Shown here: positions 41,003 to 53,813 of the stretch, piece after piece
How positions within the stretch are numbered: position 1 is the stretch's first letter
Layout: each line of letters opens with the position of its first letter
Assembly: GCA_965214605.1 (NCBI GenBank)
Contig: OZ243961.1
Coordinates: 2,560,001 to 2,624,000, forward strand
Direction of reading: 5' to 3'
DNA: 64,000 nucleotides
Source: an uncultured Candidatus Binatia bacterium
Lineage (GTDB): Bacteria > Desulfobacterota > Binatia > Bin18
Translations under genes and position numbers: made by a program
The notes under the pieces: generated by a model
The model's database searches: none
Seen by the model: only the letters and a program-made list of their open reading frames with translations
What the model was told of the DNA's origin: nothing

Positions 41003-42424
41003 ATGGATCGGGTATGGGAAAACGTATTGGACGTTGTTGAGGAAAAGATTGGGAAGACCAACACTGAGACCTGGCTGAAACCAACCCGTCCGATTGGACT
41101 GCGAGGGGACACTTTTCATCTGGAAGTTCCGAGTCCACTGTTCCGTGAGTGGCTCCTCAGCAATCTCCTTGAACCGCTTGAAGCCTCGCTCACCTCTGTC
41201 CTCGGCCAAACGGCGCAGGTGATGATTCACGTCAACAGCGGTCAGCAGGGCGAGCTGTTTCCGGCCGATGATGACGCGTCAGCCGGAGTCCAAGATACGG
41301 GTCAAGACGCGGCGGACGCCAAGGACACCTCTCAGCCGACTTTCAAATCGATTCCGCAGGTAATCAAAAATAAAGCGCGTCCGACCAAGAAAAACGGGCT
41401 GTTGCAGAGCTTTACCTTCTCTAGCTTTGTGGTTGGAGGTGGTAATCAGTTTGCCCACGCTGCGGCCCGGGCGGTAGCCGATCATCCTGGCAATCACTAC
41501 AATCCGCTGTTTATCTATGGAGGGGTTGGACTGGGCAAAACGCACCTGATCAATGCCATCGGGCATGAGAGCTTAGTCAAACAGGGCAAGAGCAATGTGT
41601 TTTATTTGTCCTCTGAGTCTTTTACCAATGAGTTGATTTCTCACATCCGTCGGGACCGGATGGATGACTTCAAAACGAAGTTTCGCCAGGCTGATGTGCT
41701 GATTGTTGACGACGTCCAGTTTATGTCTGGTCGAGAGCGGACCCAAGAAGAATTTTTTCACACGTTCAACACCTTATACGAGTCTCATAAACAAATTGTG
41801 ATCACGTCCGACAAGTTTCCGAAAGAAATTCAGGGCCTGGAAGAGAGGCTGCGCAACCGGTTTGAGTCTGGTCTGATCACCGATATTCAGCCGCCCGATC
41901 TGGAAACGAGAGTAGCAATTCTGCAAAAAAAGGCCCAGGCCAGAAAGATCAGGGTTTCGTCCGAGGTCGCGCTATTTATTGCCTCAAACATCACTGCCAA
42001 CGTCCGGGAACTGGAAGGCGGACTGAATCGGCTTGGCGCCCTCTCAAGTATGAATAAGATGCCTATTACGGTCGATTTTGCCCGCCAGGTTTTGCATAAC
42101 CTCGTCAAGGATAAGGGTCCAAAGGTGACGATCGAAATGGTCCAGCAGGCCATCGCCGAATACTTTGACGTGCGAATAAATGACCTGATCTCCAAAAAAC
42201 GGACCAAACTAGTAGCTTTTCCCCGTCAGGTGTCCATGTACTTATGCCGGAAACTGGCCAATGCCTCCTATTCGACGATCGGCATTCGGTTTGGTGGCAA
42301 AGATCACACCACCGCCTTATACGCCTGCAATACGATCGAAAAACGCCTCAAAGAGAACGAAGAGCTCCGCTCTATCCTGGACCGGATTGAAAGCACGATC
42401 TACGGCCAACAGGTCAAGGACTAA
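41003..42424 (+). CDS. dnaA: Chromosomal replication initiator DnaA
   Basis: YNPLFIYGGVGLGKTHL, DDVQF, QEEFFHTFN, FGGKDHTT motifs. Confidence 0.99.
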   Translation: MDRVWENVLDVVEEKIGKTNTETWLKPTRPIGLRGDTFHLEVPSPLFREWLLSNLLEPLEASLTSVLGQTAQVMIHVNSGQQGELFPADDDASAGVQDTGQDAADAKDTSQPTFKSIPQVIKNKARPTKKNGLLQSFTFSSFVVGGGNQFAHAAARAVADHPGNHYNPLFIYGGVGLGKTHLINAIGHESLVKQGKSNVFYLSSESFTNELISHIRRDRMDDFKTKFRQADVLIVDDVQFMSGRERTQEEFFHTFNTLYESHKQIVITSDKFPKEIQGLEERLRNRFESGLITDIQPPDLETRVAILQKKAQARKIRVSSEVALFIASNITANVRELEGGLNRLGALSSMNKMPITVDFARQVLHNLVKDKGPKVTIEMVQQAIAEYFDVRINDLISKKRTKLVAFPRQVSMYLCRKLANASYSTIGIRFGGKDHTTALYACNTIEKRLKENEELRSILDRIESTIYGQQVKD

Positions 42425-42744
42425 TACACCCTTCGGTCCCTGCTCTAAGCCCCTGAAACCTGTGGATAACTCGCGAATAATTGTGGATAACTCGCGAATA
42501 ATTGTGGATAACTCGCGAATAATTGTGGATAACTCGCGAATAATTGTGGATAACTTAGGGGGGGGTGTGAATAACTTTTAGGGGGGGTGTGAATAAGTAC
42601 CTGAGTTATCCACAGGGGGTGTGAATAACTTTTCCTTTAAAATCAATGACTTAAGTGAGTTATCCACATATTCACATTCCCTACTACTACTAGTCTTAAT
42701 ATATTTATATATTATAAAGAAGAAGAAGAGAGGGCAGGCCCGAC
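42425..42744. other. oriC: Replication origin oriC (dnaA-dnaN intergenic region)
   Basis: At least 10 DnaA boxes, an IHF consensus AATCAATGACTTA (42641-42653), DnaA-trios CTACTACTACTAG (42681-42693) and an AT-only tract (42696-42718). Confidence 0.92.
42461..42555. repeat. 21-bp tandem repeat TGTGGATAACTCGCGAATAAT x4.5
   Basis: Exact copies at 42461, 42482, 42503 and 42524, plus a partial copy at 42545. Confidence 0.95.
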
Positions 42745-43974
42745 ATGGAATGTCTGGTAAAAAAAGCGGACTTATTGCGTTGTTTATATCTGGTACAGGG
42801 CGTGGTCGAGAAACGTTCCTCACTGCCCATTCTCGCCCATGTTTTGCTTGAGGTAACGGACAAACAGGCCAACGCTGAGGCAAGTGCTTTGTCGCTTGGT
42901 GCTACCGATCTTGAGGTCGGAATCCGACAACACTGTAAAGCACGTGTCAAGCAAGCAGGCGCGATTACCACTGACGCGCGCAAGTTGTATGAAATTGTCC
43001 GTGAGCTGCCGAGTACGGGCAGCGGCTCCTCCGACCCAACCGTTATCACACTGCGATCAGCCGGCAGTGGCTGGATAGAGGTCAGCAGCGGAACATCTCG
43101 GTTCAGGATGGCTAGCTTGGATCCTAAAGAGTTTCCGGCCATCACCCCCGCTTTAGAGACGAACAAGGATACAACATCTACAGCTGCGTCGTGTCAGGGC
43201 AAAGTCTTGCGGGATATGATTGAGAAAACGCTGTTTGCCACCTCGCCAGATGAATCGCGTCTCAGTCTAAGTGGCGTGTCTGTCGAAGCCCTCGACTCGG
43301 GTAAGCTGCGGATGGTGGCCAGTGATGGTCATCGTTTGTCGCTGATCGACCGTCAGGCCAACATATCCGACCTCTCAGCCTGGCCTAAAGTCATTCTGCC
43401 CCGCAAAGGGGTGATTGAGGCCCGCAAGATCCTGGAACGGAGTGAGGGTGAGGCTCGATTCTCAGTGCAGGGCACGACGGCAGGGCTACACGCAAAGACT
43501 GCCGACCTGTCGGAGTCTGAGGACTCGCCTGAGCAGAGCACGACGACGGAAACCACCGCGCTGTCGATGCGACTGGTTGAGGGGAAATTCCCGGATTATC
43601 AGCAAATTCTCCCCACCGAGCAAAATGTTGTGATTCCTTTCTCCCGCGACGCGTTGCTGAGCGCGCTGCGCCGGCTGCTGATTCTCACTACCGAACGGGC
43701 GCGCGGGATCAAGATTGAGGTCGAATCGGAGAAAGTCGAAATCTCGGTCAATACCCCCGACCTTGGCGAGGGGGTTGAGCAGATCGCAACCGACTACCGC
43801 GGAGACCGCATAGCCGTCGGCTTTAACGGACGCTATCTGGTGGAGGCCTTGTCCGTGATGGGGGATGGGCAACAGATTACACTGTCGCTCACAGACGAGA
43901 TGAGTCCGGGCTTGCTCAAAATGAACGATGATCCGGACTTCTCCTATGTGATTATGCCGATGCGCATCTTTTAA
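42745..43974 (+). CDS. dnaN: DNA polymerase III beta clamp
   Basis: ATDLEV, ASDGHRL, LVEGKFPDY, VIMPMR motifs. Confidence 0.97.
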   Translation: MECLVKKADLLRCLYLVQGVVEKRSSLPILAHVLLEVTDKQANAEASALSLGATDLEVGIRQHCKARVKQAGAITTDARKLYEIVRELPSTGSGSSDPTVITLRSAGSGWIEVSSGTSRFRMASLDPKEFPAITPALETNKDTTSTAASCQGKVLRDMIEKTLFATSPDESRLSLSGVSVEALDSGKLRMVASDGHRLSLIDRQANISDLSAWPKVILPRKGVIEARKILERSEGEARFSVQGTTAGLHAKTADLSESEDSPEQSTTTETTALSMRLVEGKFPDYQQILPTEQNVVIPFSRDALLSALRRLLILTTERARGIKIEVESEKVEISVNTPDLGEGVEQIATDYRGDRIAVGFNGRYLVEALSVMGDGQQITLSLTDEMSPGLLKMNDDPDFSYVIMPMRIF

Positions 43975-44106
43975 TTTTTCGAATCCGATGGGATTATGCC
44001 AATAGGCATCTTTAGATTTTACAAAAACGTTTTAAAATCTCTATTTTATCCTGCCTACGAGTTTACTTCGCAGCCAGAAAATGCTACAAAGCAAGCAGAA
44101 AAATGA

Positions 44107-46548
<2,442 letters not shown>

Positions 46549-46575
46549 CCCTTTCCCCAAGACTTTCTGACTGTC

Positions 46576-49056
46576 ATGGAAGAAGCGCAGCATCCACACG
46601 CTGTCAACATCGAACAAGAGATGCGTCAGTCCTATATGGACTACGCCATGAGCGTCATTATTGGGCGGGCGCTGCCCGACGTCCGAGACGGTCTCAAGCC
46701 TGTTCATCGACGCGTGCTGTACGCCATGTCCGCCCTGGGCAACGACTGGAACCGGCCGTATAAAAAGTCGGCCCGTATCGTCGGTGATGTGATCGGCAAA
46801 TACCATCCGCACGGAGATACCGCGGTCTACGATACCATCGTGCGCATGGCCCAAGAGTTCTCGCTGCGCTATCCCTTGGTTGACGGACAGGGAAACTTTG
46901 GATCGATTGACGGGGACCCGCCCGCGGCCATGCGCTATACCGAAATTCGCATGACCCGTATGGCCGCAGAGCTATTGACAGACATTGATCGAGACACGGT
47001 TGATTTTATCGCCAATTACGACGATTCAAGCCAAGAACCTGTCGTTCTGCCGGCTAAACTTCCAAATCTGCTCATTAACGGCTCGTCGGGCATTGCGGTC
47101 GGCATGTCGACCAATATCCCGCCTCATAATCTGGGGGAAGTGGTCAACGCGCTCGGGGCCCTGCTCAAGGACCCGACGCTGAGCAGCAGCCAGCTCATGC
47201 AGTATGTCAGGGGGCCAGATTTCCCAACCGGCGGGTTTATTTATGGTCTAACTGGCATCCGGAAGGCGTATGAAACCGGCAAAGGCATTATCAAAATACG
47301 GGCCCGGACCTCGGTTGAGGAAAATAAGCGAACGGGCAAGAACAGCATCATTGTTGAAGAAATTCCGTTTCAGATCAATAAAGCGCGCCTGGTTGAACAC
47401 ATTGCCGACCTTGTCAATGAGAAGCGTCTTGAGGGCATCTCCGATCTGCGCGACGAGTCGGACCGCGAGGGCATGCGGGTCGTCATTGAGCTCAAAAAAG
47501 ACGCCATTCCCGACGTCGTCCTCAATCAGCTCTACAAGATGACCCCAATGCAAGACTCCTTTGGGGTGATTCTGCTGGCGATTGTTGAGGATCGCCCGCA
47601 ACAGCTGACGCTCAAAGACAGCCTGGTCCATTTTTTGAGCCATCGTCGGGCCGTGGTACGGCGACGGACCGCTTTTAATCTCGACAAAGCCCAACAACGT
47701 CTGCATCTGCTCGACGGACTGAAGATCGCCCTGGATAACCTTGATACGGTGATCCGGCTCATCCGTAGCGGCGATAATCCGGTGAACGTGCGCCGCCAGC
47801 TCGGCGCACGCTTTGCGCTGAGCGAGATCCAAGCTCAGGCTATTCTGGATACGCGATTGCAGCGCCTCACCCAGCTGGAGCAGGGAAAAATCGTCGCCGA
47901 GCACGCCGAGACGACCACATTGATCCACAAGCTGGAGAACATTTTGGCCGATCCGAGCGAAATTGACGCGCTCATCGGTCAGGAATTACAAGAGATCAAG
48001 ACACGCTTCGCCGATGAACGCCGCACAGAGATTATCGCTGCCAGTGCCGAGCTGTCTGTTGAAGACCTGATTGCTGAAGAGGACATGGTCGTCACCATTT
48101 CCCATGCCGGCTATATCAAGCGTACTGCGGCCTCGCTGTACCGCTCGCAGCGGCGCGGGGGACGCGGTATTGTGGCGGCGACCACACGTGATGAGGATTT
48201 TGTCGAACACCTGTTTGTGTGTTCGACCCACGCCTACCTGCTGGTTTTTACCTCCTTGGGGCGGGTCCACTGGGTGAAGGTACACGAGATTCCGCAGGCC
48301 AGTCGGGCCTCAAAAGGCAAGGCCATCATCAACCTGTTGCCGCTTGGAGCCGAGGAAACGATCTCTGCCTTTCTCCCCGTGCGTGAGTTCAAGCACGACA
48401 TCTCCGTCATCTTTGCCACCCGAAACGGCCTGGTCAAAAAGACCGATCTGATGGCCTACTCCAACCCGCGTCAGGACGGCATTCTTGCCATATCCTTGAA
48501 GAATAACGACGAGGTTATTGGCGTGCGGCTGACCAGTGCTGAGCAGGAGATTATGCTGTCGACTCGGCGTGGCCAAGCCATCCGCTTTTCCGAGCATGAT
48601 ATCCGTCCAACCGGCCGGGTTACCCAGGGAGTGAAGGGGATCCGTCTGAAGGCGGGCGACGAAGTGGTCTCCCTGGCCGTTCTTAACCCTGACGAAACCC
48701 TGCTGACAGTCTCGTCTTTAGGCTACGGCAAGCGTAGTAGAGTGGACGAATACCCGCTACAGTCGCGGGTTGGTACGGGAGTCATCACTATGCGGACGAC
48801 CGACAAGACGGGCGAAGTCGTTGGCGTGTGCCAGGTGACCGACGAGGACCACCTCATGCTCATCGCCGATGGCGGCCGGGTTATTCGGCTACGTATGCGG
48901 GAGTTGCGAACCATCGGACGCTCCTCCCAAGGGGTACGGCTGTTTGATCTTGACCCTCAGGAGCGGGTCGTCAGTCTCGCTCTGCTGGCAGAAGACGAGG
49001 AAGAGGAGGACACTAAGCAGATCGAAGCTGAGCAGGGCAACGGCCGACAAACATAG
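46576..49056 (+). CDS. gyrA: DNA gyrase subunit A
   Basis: [15 protein letters not shown] and the GyrA-box QRRGGRG. Confidence 0.99.
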   Translation: MEEAQHPHAVNIEQEMRQSYMDYAMSVIIGRALPDVRDGLKPVHRRVLYAMSALGNDWNRPYKKSARIVGDVIGKYHPHGDTAVYDTIVRMAQEFSLRYPLVDGQGNFGSIDGDPPAAMRYTEIRMTRMAAELLTDIDRDTVDFIANYDDSSQEPVVLPAKLPNLLINGSSGIAVGMSTNIPPHNLGEVVNALGALLKDPTLSSSQLMQYVRGPDFPTGGFIYGLTGIRKAYETGKGIIKIRARTSVEENKRTGKNSIIVEEIPFQINKARLVEHIADLVNEKRLEGISDLRDESDREGMRVVIELKKDAIPDVVLNQLYKMTPMQDSFGVILLAIVEDRPQQLTLKDSLVHFLSHRRAVVRRRTAFNLDKAQQRLHLLDGLKIALDNLDTVIRLIRSGDNPVNVRRQLGARFALSEIQAQAILDTRLQRLTQLEQGKIVAEHAETTTLIHKLENILADPSEIDALIGQELQEIKTRFADERRTEIIAASAELSVEDLIAEEDMVVTISHAGYIKRTAASLYRSQRRGGRGIVAATTRDEDFVEHLFVCSTHAYLLVFTSLGRVHWVKVHEIPQASRASKGKAIINLLPLGAEETISAFLPVREFKHDISVIFATRNGLVKKTDLMAYSNPRQDGILAISLKNNDEVIGVRLTSAEQEIMLSTRRGQAIRFSEHDIRPTGRVTQGVKGIRLKAGDEVVSLAVLNPDETLLTVSSLGYGKRSRVDEYPLQSRVGTGVITMRTTDKTGEVVGVCQVTDEDHLMLIADGGRVIRLRMRELRTIGRSSQGVRLFDLDPQERVVSLALLAEDEEEEDTKQIEAEQGNGRQT

Positions 49057-49101
49057 AGTGCGGTCTGTCGAACAGGCCAGGCTTAAGACACAGGAGGACA
49101 T

Positions 49102-49572
49102 ATGAGCATACAGGTTGGGCAAAACGCCCCGGATTTTACCCTCAAGACGAGTAAAATGCAGGATTTCGCCCTGAGCGAACAGAAAGGCAAGAAAAACGTG
49201 GTCCTGCTCTTTGTTCCGCTGGCCTTTACCGGTGGTTGAACAAACGAATTTGGCTCCGTGCAAGCCAATCTCGACAGTTTACAGAACGATGACACGCAGG
49301 TTGTCGGCATCAGCGTTGACAGTCCGTTTTCTCTAGACGCGTGGGCCACCAAAGAGGGCTATGAGTTCCCGTTGCTGAGCGATTTTAATAAAGAGGTCGC
49401 CGCCGCCTATGACTCCCTCTATCCTAAGCTGTTAGTGTTCAACGGGGTGGCCAAACGGACGGCTTTTGTGGTCGACAAAAATGGCGTGATCCAGTACGCT
49501 TGGCTGAACGATGACCCAGGGACGCTGCCCAATCTTGACGAGATCAAAGCCTGTTTGCAGCAGTTGAGCTAA
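49102..49572 (+). CDS. Peroxiredoxin (AhpE/Bcp-like), probable selenoprotein
   Basis: AGGAGG RBS and ATG at 49102; in-frame TGA at 49237-49239 in PLAFTGG-U-TNE; frame continues to GISVDS, FPLLSD, KRTAFVVD. Confidence 0.85.
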
Positions 49573-49574
49573 GT

Positions 49575-49868
49575 CTAGCTAGGCGGGCGGCAGTTTCCGA
49601 CCAACTTGAAGCCGCCCGCGTTAGACTGCTGCGGACGCTTCCAAAAAACCGGAAAAACGATCAGGCTCAGGACCGCCCAGCCCCCGCAGATCAGGCCGTA
49701 GAGCGTCCACAGATTTTTGGAAGATCCGTTTTGACTGGCGAAGATCCGGCACACGATAGCATCAAGCACATGAATAAAGACAGCGGTATGGACCAGCCGC
49801 TGAAAATCAATATCAAGGGCGAGAAACCGCAGACCAGTAAAATATCCGAGAAACACCTCAACATTCAT
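49575..49868 (-). CDS. Small hypothetical membrane protein
   Basis: MNVEVFLGYFTGLRF...; two hydrophobic segments. Confidence 0.45.
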   Translation of the reverse strand: MNVEVFLGYFTGLRFLALDIDFQRLVHTAVFIHVLDAIVCRIFASQNGSSKNLWTLYGLICGGWAVLSLIVFPVFWKRPQQSNAGGFKLVGNCRPPS

Positions 49869-49890
49869 CCATTTCTTCCTTTTGCGCGCA

Positions 49891-50232
49891 ATGGCTGAAG
49901 AGAAAACATTATTTGAGAAGCTCTGTGAGGTTGGCGAAGAAAACCTGACGCGGTTTGTTGAAGAGATTCGCTCTAGTCCGGTTTTTGCTGAAGGGGTCGA
50001 CCATACCCTGCGGAACGCGGCGGAAACCAGGGAAAAATTTGACCAGAACATAGCCGCCCTTCTCTCCCTTCTCAACCTCCCATCTAAGGCTGACTACAAC
50101 CGGCTGGTGGAACAGGTGGAAACCATCCATGGCAGTGTGGTGAATCTGAATATCAAGCTTGACCGCCTGCTGGCCGCACAGAAAAAAAAGACGCGTCGGA
50201 CCGCAAAGAAAAAGTCCGATGCCAAACGCTAA
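49891..50232 (+). CDS. Hypothetical coiled-coil (phasin-like) protein
   Basis: LNLPSKAD...L motif and a Lys-rich tail. Confidence 0.6.
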   Translation: MAEEKTLFEKLCEVGEENLTRFVEEIRSSPVFAEGVDHTLRNAAETREKFDQNIAALLSLLNLPSKADYNRLVEQVETIHGSVVNLNIKLDRLLAAQKKKTRRTAKKKSDAKR

Positions 50233-50244
50233 GCCGTCCGTTGA

Positions 50245-51312
50245 ATGCGCATGAACCCTCACCTGCTGCCTATCTTTTTGGGGCTCAGTCTGCTCCTTTT
50301 GGCCACATCAAGCTTTGCTTGGGACGAGACACGCTTTGCCCAGAAAAAAACCAAGGCCTACTCCTATGCGCCGCCCAACGGCACGAGAGATGGACGGACA
50401 AAAACGATAATCGGCTCTCCGCGCACGTATACGGTTCAGACCAAAGACACTCTGCTCGACATCGCTCGCTACTTTGATCTGGGTTTTAACGAGATCCGTG
50501 CCGCCCATCCAGACCTTGATCCCTGGCTCCCCCCGGTGGGGCAAGAGATCAGCCTGCCCACCTTCTGGGTACTGCCCAAAAGTCGCTCCACCGGAGTCGT
50601 CGTCAATATTCCGGAAATGCGTTTGTACTATTTCCCGCCCCAGATAAAAGACGAGTGGCTCGTGGTGACCTATCCGGTTGGACTTGGCCGGGAAGACTGG
50701 CCGACACCCCAAACGCCGTTCCGGATTCGGGGCAAAACGGCTAACCCAACCTGGGTGATTCCCGAGTCTATTCGACAAGAACGGATCAAAGAAAAGGGCT
50801 GGTCGGAAACCAGCCTGCCGGGTGGGTCGCCAGACAATCCGCTGGGGAAGTATCGGCTGGAATTGAGTCTGTCCCAGGCGTCCGGCGCGTATGCCATCCA
50901 TGGTACGAATAATCCCTGGGCAGTCGGCAGAATGGTCACCCACGGCTGTATTCGGCTGTATCCCGAAGACATTGAGCGCTTCTTTGACCTCGTTCAGGTT
51001 GGTAGTCCTGGCGAGCTGACCTACCAGCCGGTCAAGATCGGGATACAAAACGGACGGGTCTATGTTGAAGTCCACGCCGATATTTATGGTCTGGTTAACG
51101 ACCCGTGGGGAGACGCCCAGCGCGTTGTTCAGGACAGCGGTTGGGCCCACCTTGTTGATCCGGTCTTGCTCGTGCAGGCGCTGCGTGAGCAGTCCGGTGT
51201 TCCGGTCGATGTGACGGCCACAGACGGGGTGGTCTCCCTACCTCAGCTTGGGGAAACAAGCGGAGGGAGAGGTGAGCAACAGTATGGAGTGCAGAGTACG
51301 GACCCAACATAA
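50245..51312 (+). CDS. LysM-containing L,D-transpeptidase (ErfK/YcfS-like)
   Basis: Signal peptide, LysM, VNIPEMRLYY, IHGTN...THGCIRL motifs. Confidence 0.92.
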   Translation: MRMNPHLLPIFLGLSLLLLATSSFAWDETRFAQKKTKAYSYAPPNGTRDGRTKTIIGSPRTYTVQTKDTLLDIARYFDLGFNEIRAAHPDLDPWLPPVGQEISLPTFWVLPKSRSTGVVVNIPEMRLYYFPPQIKDEWLVVTYPVGLGREDWPTPQTPFRIRGKTANPTWVIPESIRQERIKEKGWSETSLPGGSPDNPLGKYRLELSLSQASGAYAIHGTNNPWAVGRMVTHGCIRLYPEDIERFFDLVQVGSPGELTYQPVKIGIQNGRVYVEVHADIYGLVNDPWGDAQRVVQDSGWAHLVDPVLLVQALREQSGVPVDVTATDGVVSLPQLGETSGGRGEQQYGVQSTDPT

Positions 51313-51679
51313 AAACGACGTAGTTGATCTGACCCGGCAAATCGAGGAGTTCGTTCGACAGGCCGATATTGAGCAGGGGCTGTGTCATGTCTATGTGCCC
51401 CATGCCACCGCTGCGATTATTGTCAATGAAAACGACGATCAGCAGATTGGCCAGGACTTGCTCAAAGCTCTCGATGGTCTCATCCCCGAAGGCATCTGGC
51501 TGCACGATAAGGTTGACAAAAATGGCGCGTCTCATCTAAAAGCGACTATCCTGGGTCCAAGTGAGACCATTCCCGTCCAACGGGGCCGCCTGGCACTCGG
51601 TACCTGGCAGGCCATTATGCTGGTAGATTTTGACGGACCGCGTGACCGGACGGTCATTGTTACCCTCACCCGAGCCTAA
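51272..51679 (+). CDS. yjbQ: YjbQ (UPF0047) family protein
   Basis: HATAAI..NEN, NGASHLK, LGTWQ, DFDGPR motifs. Confidence 0.88.
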   Translation: MSNSMECRVRTQHKNDVVDLTRQIEEFVRQADIEQGLCHVYVPHATAAIIVNENDDQQIGQDLLKALDGLIPEGIWLHDKVDKNGASHLKATILGPSETIPVQRGRLALGTWQAIMLVDFDGPRDRTVIVTLTRA

Positions 51680-51683
51680 AGTC

Positions 51684-52379
51684 ATGGTACGGTCAATCAA
51701 AGACTGGCCGGAGTCGGACCGCCCCCGAGAAAAGCTGATCGAAAAAGGCCCCGGTTCTCTCTCTAATGCCGAACTGCTGGCCATCATCCTGCGGACCGGA
51801 AATGCCAGCAGTGGACAGACCGCGCTCGACCACGGCCGCGACCTCGTCCAACAGTTCAGCGACTCCTTCCGCCGCCTGGCCGAGGCCAGCATAGCGGACC
51901 TGTGTCAGGTCAAAGGCATTGGTCCGGCCAAGGCCGCCCAGATTCAGGCGAGCCTGGAAATCGCTAGACGGTTTGCCAGCAATGAGATGAGACAGGGCGA
52001 TCAGTTCCGCTCTTCGCAGGATGTCTTTTCCCACTATCAGGAGCGACTGGGCAGTCTCAAGAAAGAAGAATTCCACGTCCTGCTGCTGGACGCCAAGAAC
52101 CGCAAGCTTAAAGATGTCCGCATCTCAGAGGGATCCCTGACCTCATCCCTGGTCCACCCCCGCGAAGTCTTTGTCGCAGTGGTTCGCGAGTCCGCGGCCG
52201 CGGTGATTCTGATCCACAACCACCCTAGTGGTGATCCGGCTCCGAGTCACGAAGATCTCCAGCTAACGAGGCGCTTACGAGAGGTTGGCGAGCTTATGGG
52301 CGTCCACGTCCTTGACCATCTGATTATCGGGAAAGGCCGCTATGTGAGTTTTGTGGACGACGGCTATTGGGAGGCATAA
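51684..52379 (+). CDS. radC: RadC/JAB domain protein
   Basis: RPREKL, LSNAELLAI, VHPREVF, HNHPSGD, LDHLII motifs. Confidence 0.95.
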   Translation: MVRSIKDWPESDRPREKLIEKGPGSLSNAELLAIILRTGNASSGQTALDHGRDLVQQFSDSFRRLAEASIADLCQVKGIGPAKAAQIQASLEIARRFASNEMRQGDQFRSSQDVFSHYQERLGSLKKEEFHVLLLDAKNRKLKDVRISEGSLTSSLVHPREVFVAVVRESAAAVILIHNHPSGDPAPSHEDLQLTRRLREVGELMGVHVLDHLIIGKGRYVSFVDDGYWEA

Positions 52380-52387
52380 CAAACGAG

Positions 52388-53233
52388 ATGGGTCTCAACC
52401 GCGCGCTGGTCGGCAAACAGTATCCGGCTCAGGACTACGGCGTTACGGCTGAAGCTGTGCGCAAATACGCCAGAGCTTATAATGAGGATAACCCGCTCTT
52501 TTTTGACAGTGGCTGCCCCTCCGGGGTGCTTGCTCCGCCGATGTTCGGGGTAGTGACAGGCTGGCCGTCGGTTATGGCGGTGGTGACCGATGGCCAGCTT
52601 AACGTCGATGTGCTGCGGCTCCTGCACATCGAGCAGGATATTCGCTTTGTACTCCCCGTTGTATCGGGCGACATTATTACGAGCACGGCGCGCCTGGTGA
52701 GCATTGAGGACAAGACGGGCGGTGAGGCGCTCATGCTTGAGGTGGACAGCATAAACCAGCGCGGACAGGCTATCCAACACATGCGTTTTGGAGCCTTTAT
52801 CCGGGACAAACAGCGCCGGGGAAGAGGGCTTGAAGCCTTTGGGCCGTCACCTCAGACTCAGCCGCTCCTACGCGCAGAGCAGTCCATCGACCCTGATCAG
52901 ACCTTTCGCTATGCCGAGGCCTCAGGCGACCATAATCCCATCCACCTTGATGATCAGGTCGCCAGAATGGCCGGTCTGCCGGGGATTATCGTCCATGGTT
53001 TGTGCACCATGGCGTTTACCTCAAAAGTGGTGATTGATCACCTGTGTGATCATGAGCCGCGACGCTTAAGACGGCTGCGCGCGCGTTTCTCACGCCCCGT
53101 CTTTCCGAGGCAGACCATTACCACAGCCGTGTGGCAGTCCGATCAGCAGACCGGCATCTATATCTACGAGACGTATAATCCGGATGGAAAAGCGGTCATT
53201 AAGGACGGAGTTGCCGAAATTGCTCCGGCCTAG
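52388..53233 (+). CDS. Double hot-dog MaoC-type dehydratase
   Basis: [25 protein letters not shown] motifs. Confidence 0.88.
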   Translation: MGLNRALVGKQYPAQDYGVTAEAVRKYARAYNEDNPLFFDSGCPSGVLAPPMFGVVTGWPSVMAVVTDGQLNVDVLRLLHIEQDIRFVLPVVSGDIITSTARLVSIEDKTGGEALMLEVDSINQRGQAIQHMRFGAFIRDKQRRGRGLEAFGPSPQTQPLLRAEQSIDPDQTFRYAEASGDHNPIHLDDQVARMAGLPGIIVHGLCTMAFTSKVVIDHLCDHEPRRLRRLRARFSRPVFPRQTITTAVWQSDQQTGIYIYETYNPDGKAVIKDGVAEIAPA

Positions 53234-53667
53234 AACGGCACGTCATCATCGTCCGATTGGGGCGCTTGCCCACTCAAGCCCTCATAGCTCCCGCCTGAAT
53301 CAGCGGACTCGTACTGTCCGGACCGGCCCTCACCTCCCCTAGTACTGAGGAATTGGACTCGTTGGGCGATGATCTCGGTAATATAGCGTTTGTTGCCGTC
53401 TCGGTCTTCGTAGCTGCGGGTCTGAATTCGGCCCTCAACATAGACCTGTCCGCCTTTGGAGAGATATTGCCCGCAGGATTCGGCCTGCTTGCCCCAGACA
53501 ACGATATTGTGCCAATCGGTGCGTTCTTGGCGTCCGTGTTCCTGGTCTACCCAGGAGTCTGTCGTTGCCACTGAAAAGTTGGCCACCGCGCGTCCGCTTT
53601 GGGTAAACCGCACCTCTGGGTCTCTGCCCAGATTGCCTATAATAATCGCTTTATTTACCGCAGCCAT
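53230..53667 (-). CDS. ssb: Single-stranded DNA-binding protein
   Basis: [15 protein letters not shown] and C-terminal DDDVPF. Confidence 0.98.
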   Translation of the reverse strand: MAAVNKAIIIGNLGRDPEVRFTQSGRAVANFSVATTDSWVDQEHGRQERTDWHNIVVWGKQAESCGQYLSKGGQVYVEGRIQTRSYEDRDGNKRYITEIIAQRVQFLSTRGGEGRSGQYESADSGGSYEGLSGQAPQSDDDDVPF

Positions 53668-53813
53668 GGAGTGTCCCTCCTTACTTCAAAGCCTACCAGC
53701 CGCCTCTTTTCAAATCAAGTGGGAAAGGGCGGCGGGCAGACCCCTTGGCCGCGACGTCCGTTGCCGAGCGCCCGGGGCTTGCGTATACTCCGCTACATGG
53801 AGGGTATTGCACT

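Noticed and set aside
42461-42555. CRISPR array or coding repeat (IVDNSRI in ORF 42261-42581)
   Set aside because: There are no unique spacers, and the peptide is a by-product of origin DnaA boxes.
51684-52379. radC as a mobile-element marker
   Set aside because: It is the full-length chromosomal form in a housekeeping context.
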